A stretch of 64,000 bases of DNA, from positions 806,001 through 870,000 of the forward strand of contig OZ281500.1 of the NCBI GenBank assembly GCA_965637545.1, in the 5' to 3' direction. A program made the translations under genes and the position numbers. Under the pieces are notes generated by a model. It saw only the letters and a list, made by a program, of their open reading frames with translations. It was not told where the DNA came from and made no database searches. This document shows, one piece after another, positions 62,594 through 64,000 of this stretch. Within the stretch, counting starts at the first letter, position 1, and each line of letters opens with the position of its first letter. The stretch comes from Phallusia mammillata (lineage: Eukaryota).

Positions 62594-64000
62594 CAAGAAA
62601 GGTTTTCGGTTAAACACCACTTTATTTTATTGTTTAAACATTACACTTGAGTTCCTATTGACCGGAACATGAAAACAATGACCTCACAAAACTGTAGGAA
62701 AATTTGTATGAGCATAACTATGAACAAATGACCAGTAAACCTTTCAGCAGACAATGTTTACGACAAAAACTTTTCGTGGGTCACAGTTTTCTGGCCCTAT
62801 TGAGGTTGACGCACAAACTCTGTCCCGCAGTGCGTTCCGTTACGGAAAGCATTTCACGCACAACGGGCGCCGCGTAACGTAACAAAAGTTGTTTTTAACC
62901 ACATATTGACCTGTAAAAAGTTGTTTGGAAAACTTGTTTGGCCGAAGTCTTCTGTTGGTGAAGCGAAACAATAAAATGCGAGTTAGAGAGAATTTATTTT
63001 ACGTTACATCACCTTATGATAAATCGACCATTTTCTATTTTCGGTTTGCGATTACGATTTAAGTGTCCCCATTGTTTTCCTACCTACGATAACGGTTGCT
63101 ATGTTTGCGCTTAGTCAACGCAGTTCTTACGAATCAATACGCAAAACGTTAATGTCACTAAATAAGGATTACCCAAAACCAATTGCGACCGTTTATTTCA
63201 GACCAAGTTACTCTAGCAAAAAATGCTTGCGGGTTTTTACAATATCTCTCAATTGTTGATGAAAACCAGAAGTTAGTAAAAAAATGACCATCTGTACAAA
63301 ATAAATAACCTTTACAACTTGCCACTAGTCGTTTTGTGGCCGCAATCAGCAAGGAAAAACAAAATTAGCTCACTCATTAACTCATTAACGATTGTATTTT
63401 TAAGCTTTTATAACAGCTTACTTTGTTGCGTATCCTGTTTAACTCACTAGTATCGACAACTTTTTTTCATTTTTAAATTTGTTGCGCGATCTTTATGTGA
63501 CAAAATTGACCTTTTAAGACACTTAGTATAACACCAACGAATCCTTAAACCTGGTTTCAGTTGCTTCACATAAACTCTGCTCTCACTGGCAGCTGCTTTT
63601 CACATTTTTACCAACCAGTAGCGCCTCTATTAAGCAAGGAGACCAATTAGTGCACCTGAACATATCATTGATTTTATGTCTCACTTGCCAAACAAGCTCG
63701 TCAGTGTTTAAGATTCGTTTTTATGTTTCACCGCCTCAAATGTAAGAGAGCGTCTGTTAGACTGCCAATTTGATCCACGGCATTTCCAATGGAGAAAATG
63801 CTCTAATATAAAACCTGTCTCTTTCAAATATTGGATATTTCAGTTTTGCGTTAACTTTTCTTGTCTCAGAAACACACGCCACGTACCGCAATAGTAGATT
63901 GAATAATCTACCTGAGAAGCTGTGTATAGTGTATGCATTTAACTGCAGACGTTTTATGAATAGCTGTGGTTGTTATCAGTGGAAAATATATTTGATCACT

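Overview
AT-rich, intron-rich invertebrate animal DNA. A tunicate/ascidian origin is plausible from intron sizes and protein divergence, but this is inference only. Six spliced genes were reconstructed by hand with phase-consistent splice sites: (1) the 5' part of an exostosin EXT1 gene (-), running off the left edge; (2) mitoribosomal MRPS35 (-), head-to-head with (3) the TFIIIC subunit GTF3C3 (+, 21 coding exons, one GC-AG intron); (4) an unrecognised ~555-aa basic/disordered protein (-), tail-to-tail with GTF3C3; (5) a FAM167/C20orf202-like coiled-coil gene (-); (6) a TASK-type two-pore K+ channel (-) with a very long C-terminal tail. Introns and intergenic DNA carry many hAT MITEs with 8-bp TSDs and a 1.5-kb TTAA-flanked non-autonomous DNA transposon. 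The most striking hidden feature is a dispersed ~110-130 bp repeat family (8 copies/fragments at 7 loci) carrying a minimal Penelope-type hammerhead ribozyme core (CUGAUGA-stem II-GAAACGUC). It includes a back-to-back inverted pair, two copies lying sense just upstream of host 3' splice sites, and a fragment abutting a tRNA-Leu-like SINE head. A GC-rich hairpin cluster in EXT1 intron 2 is a further structured-RNA candidate.
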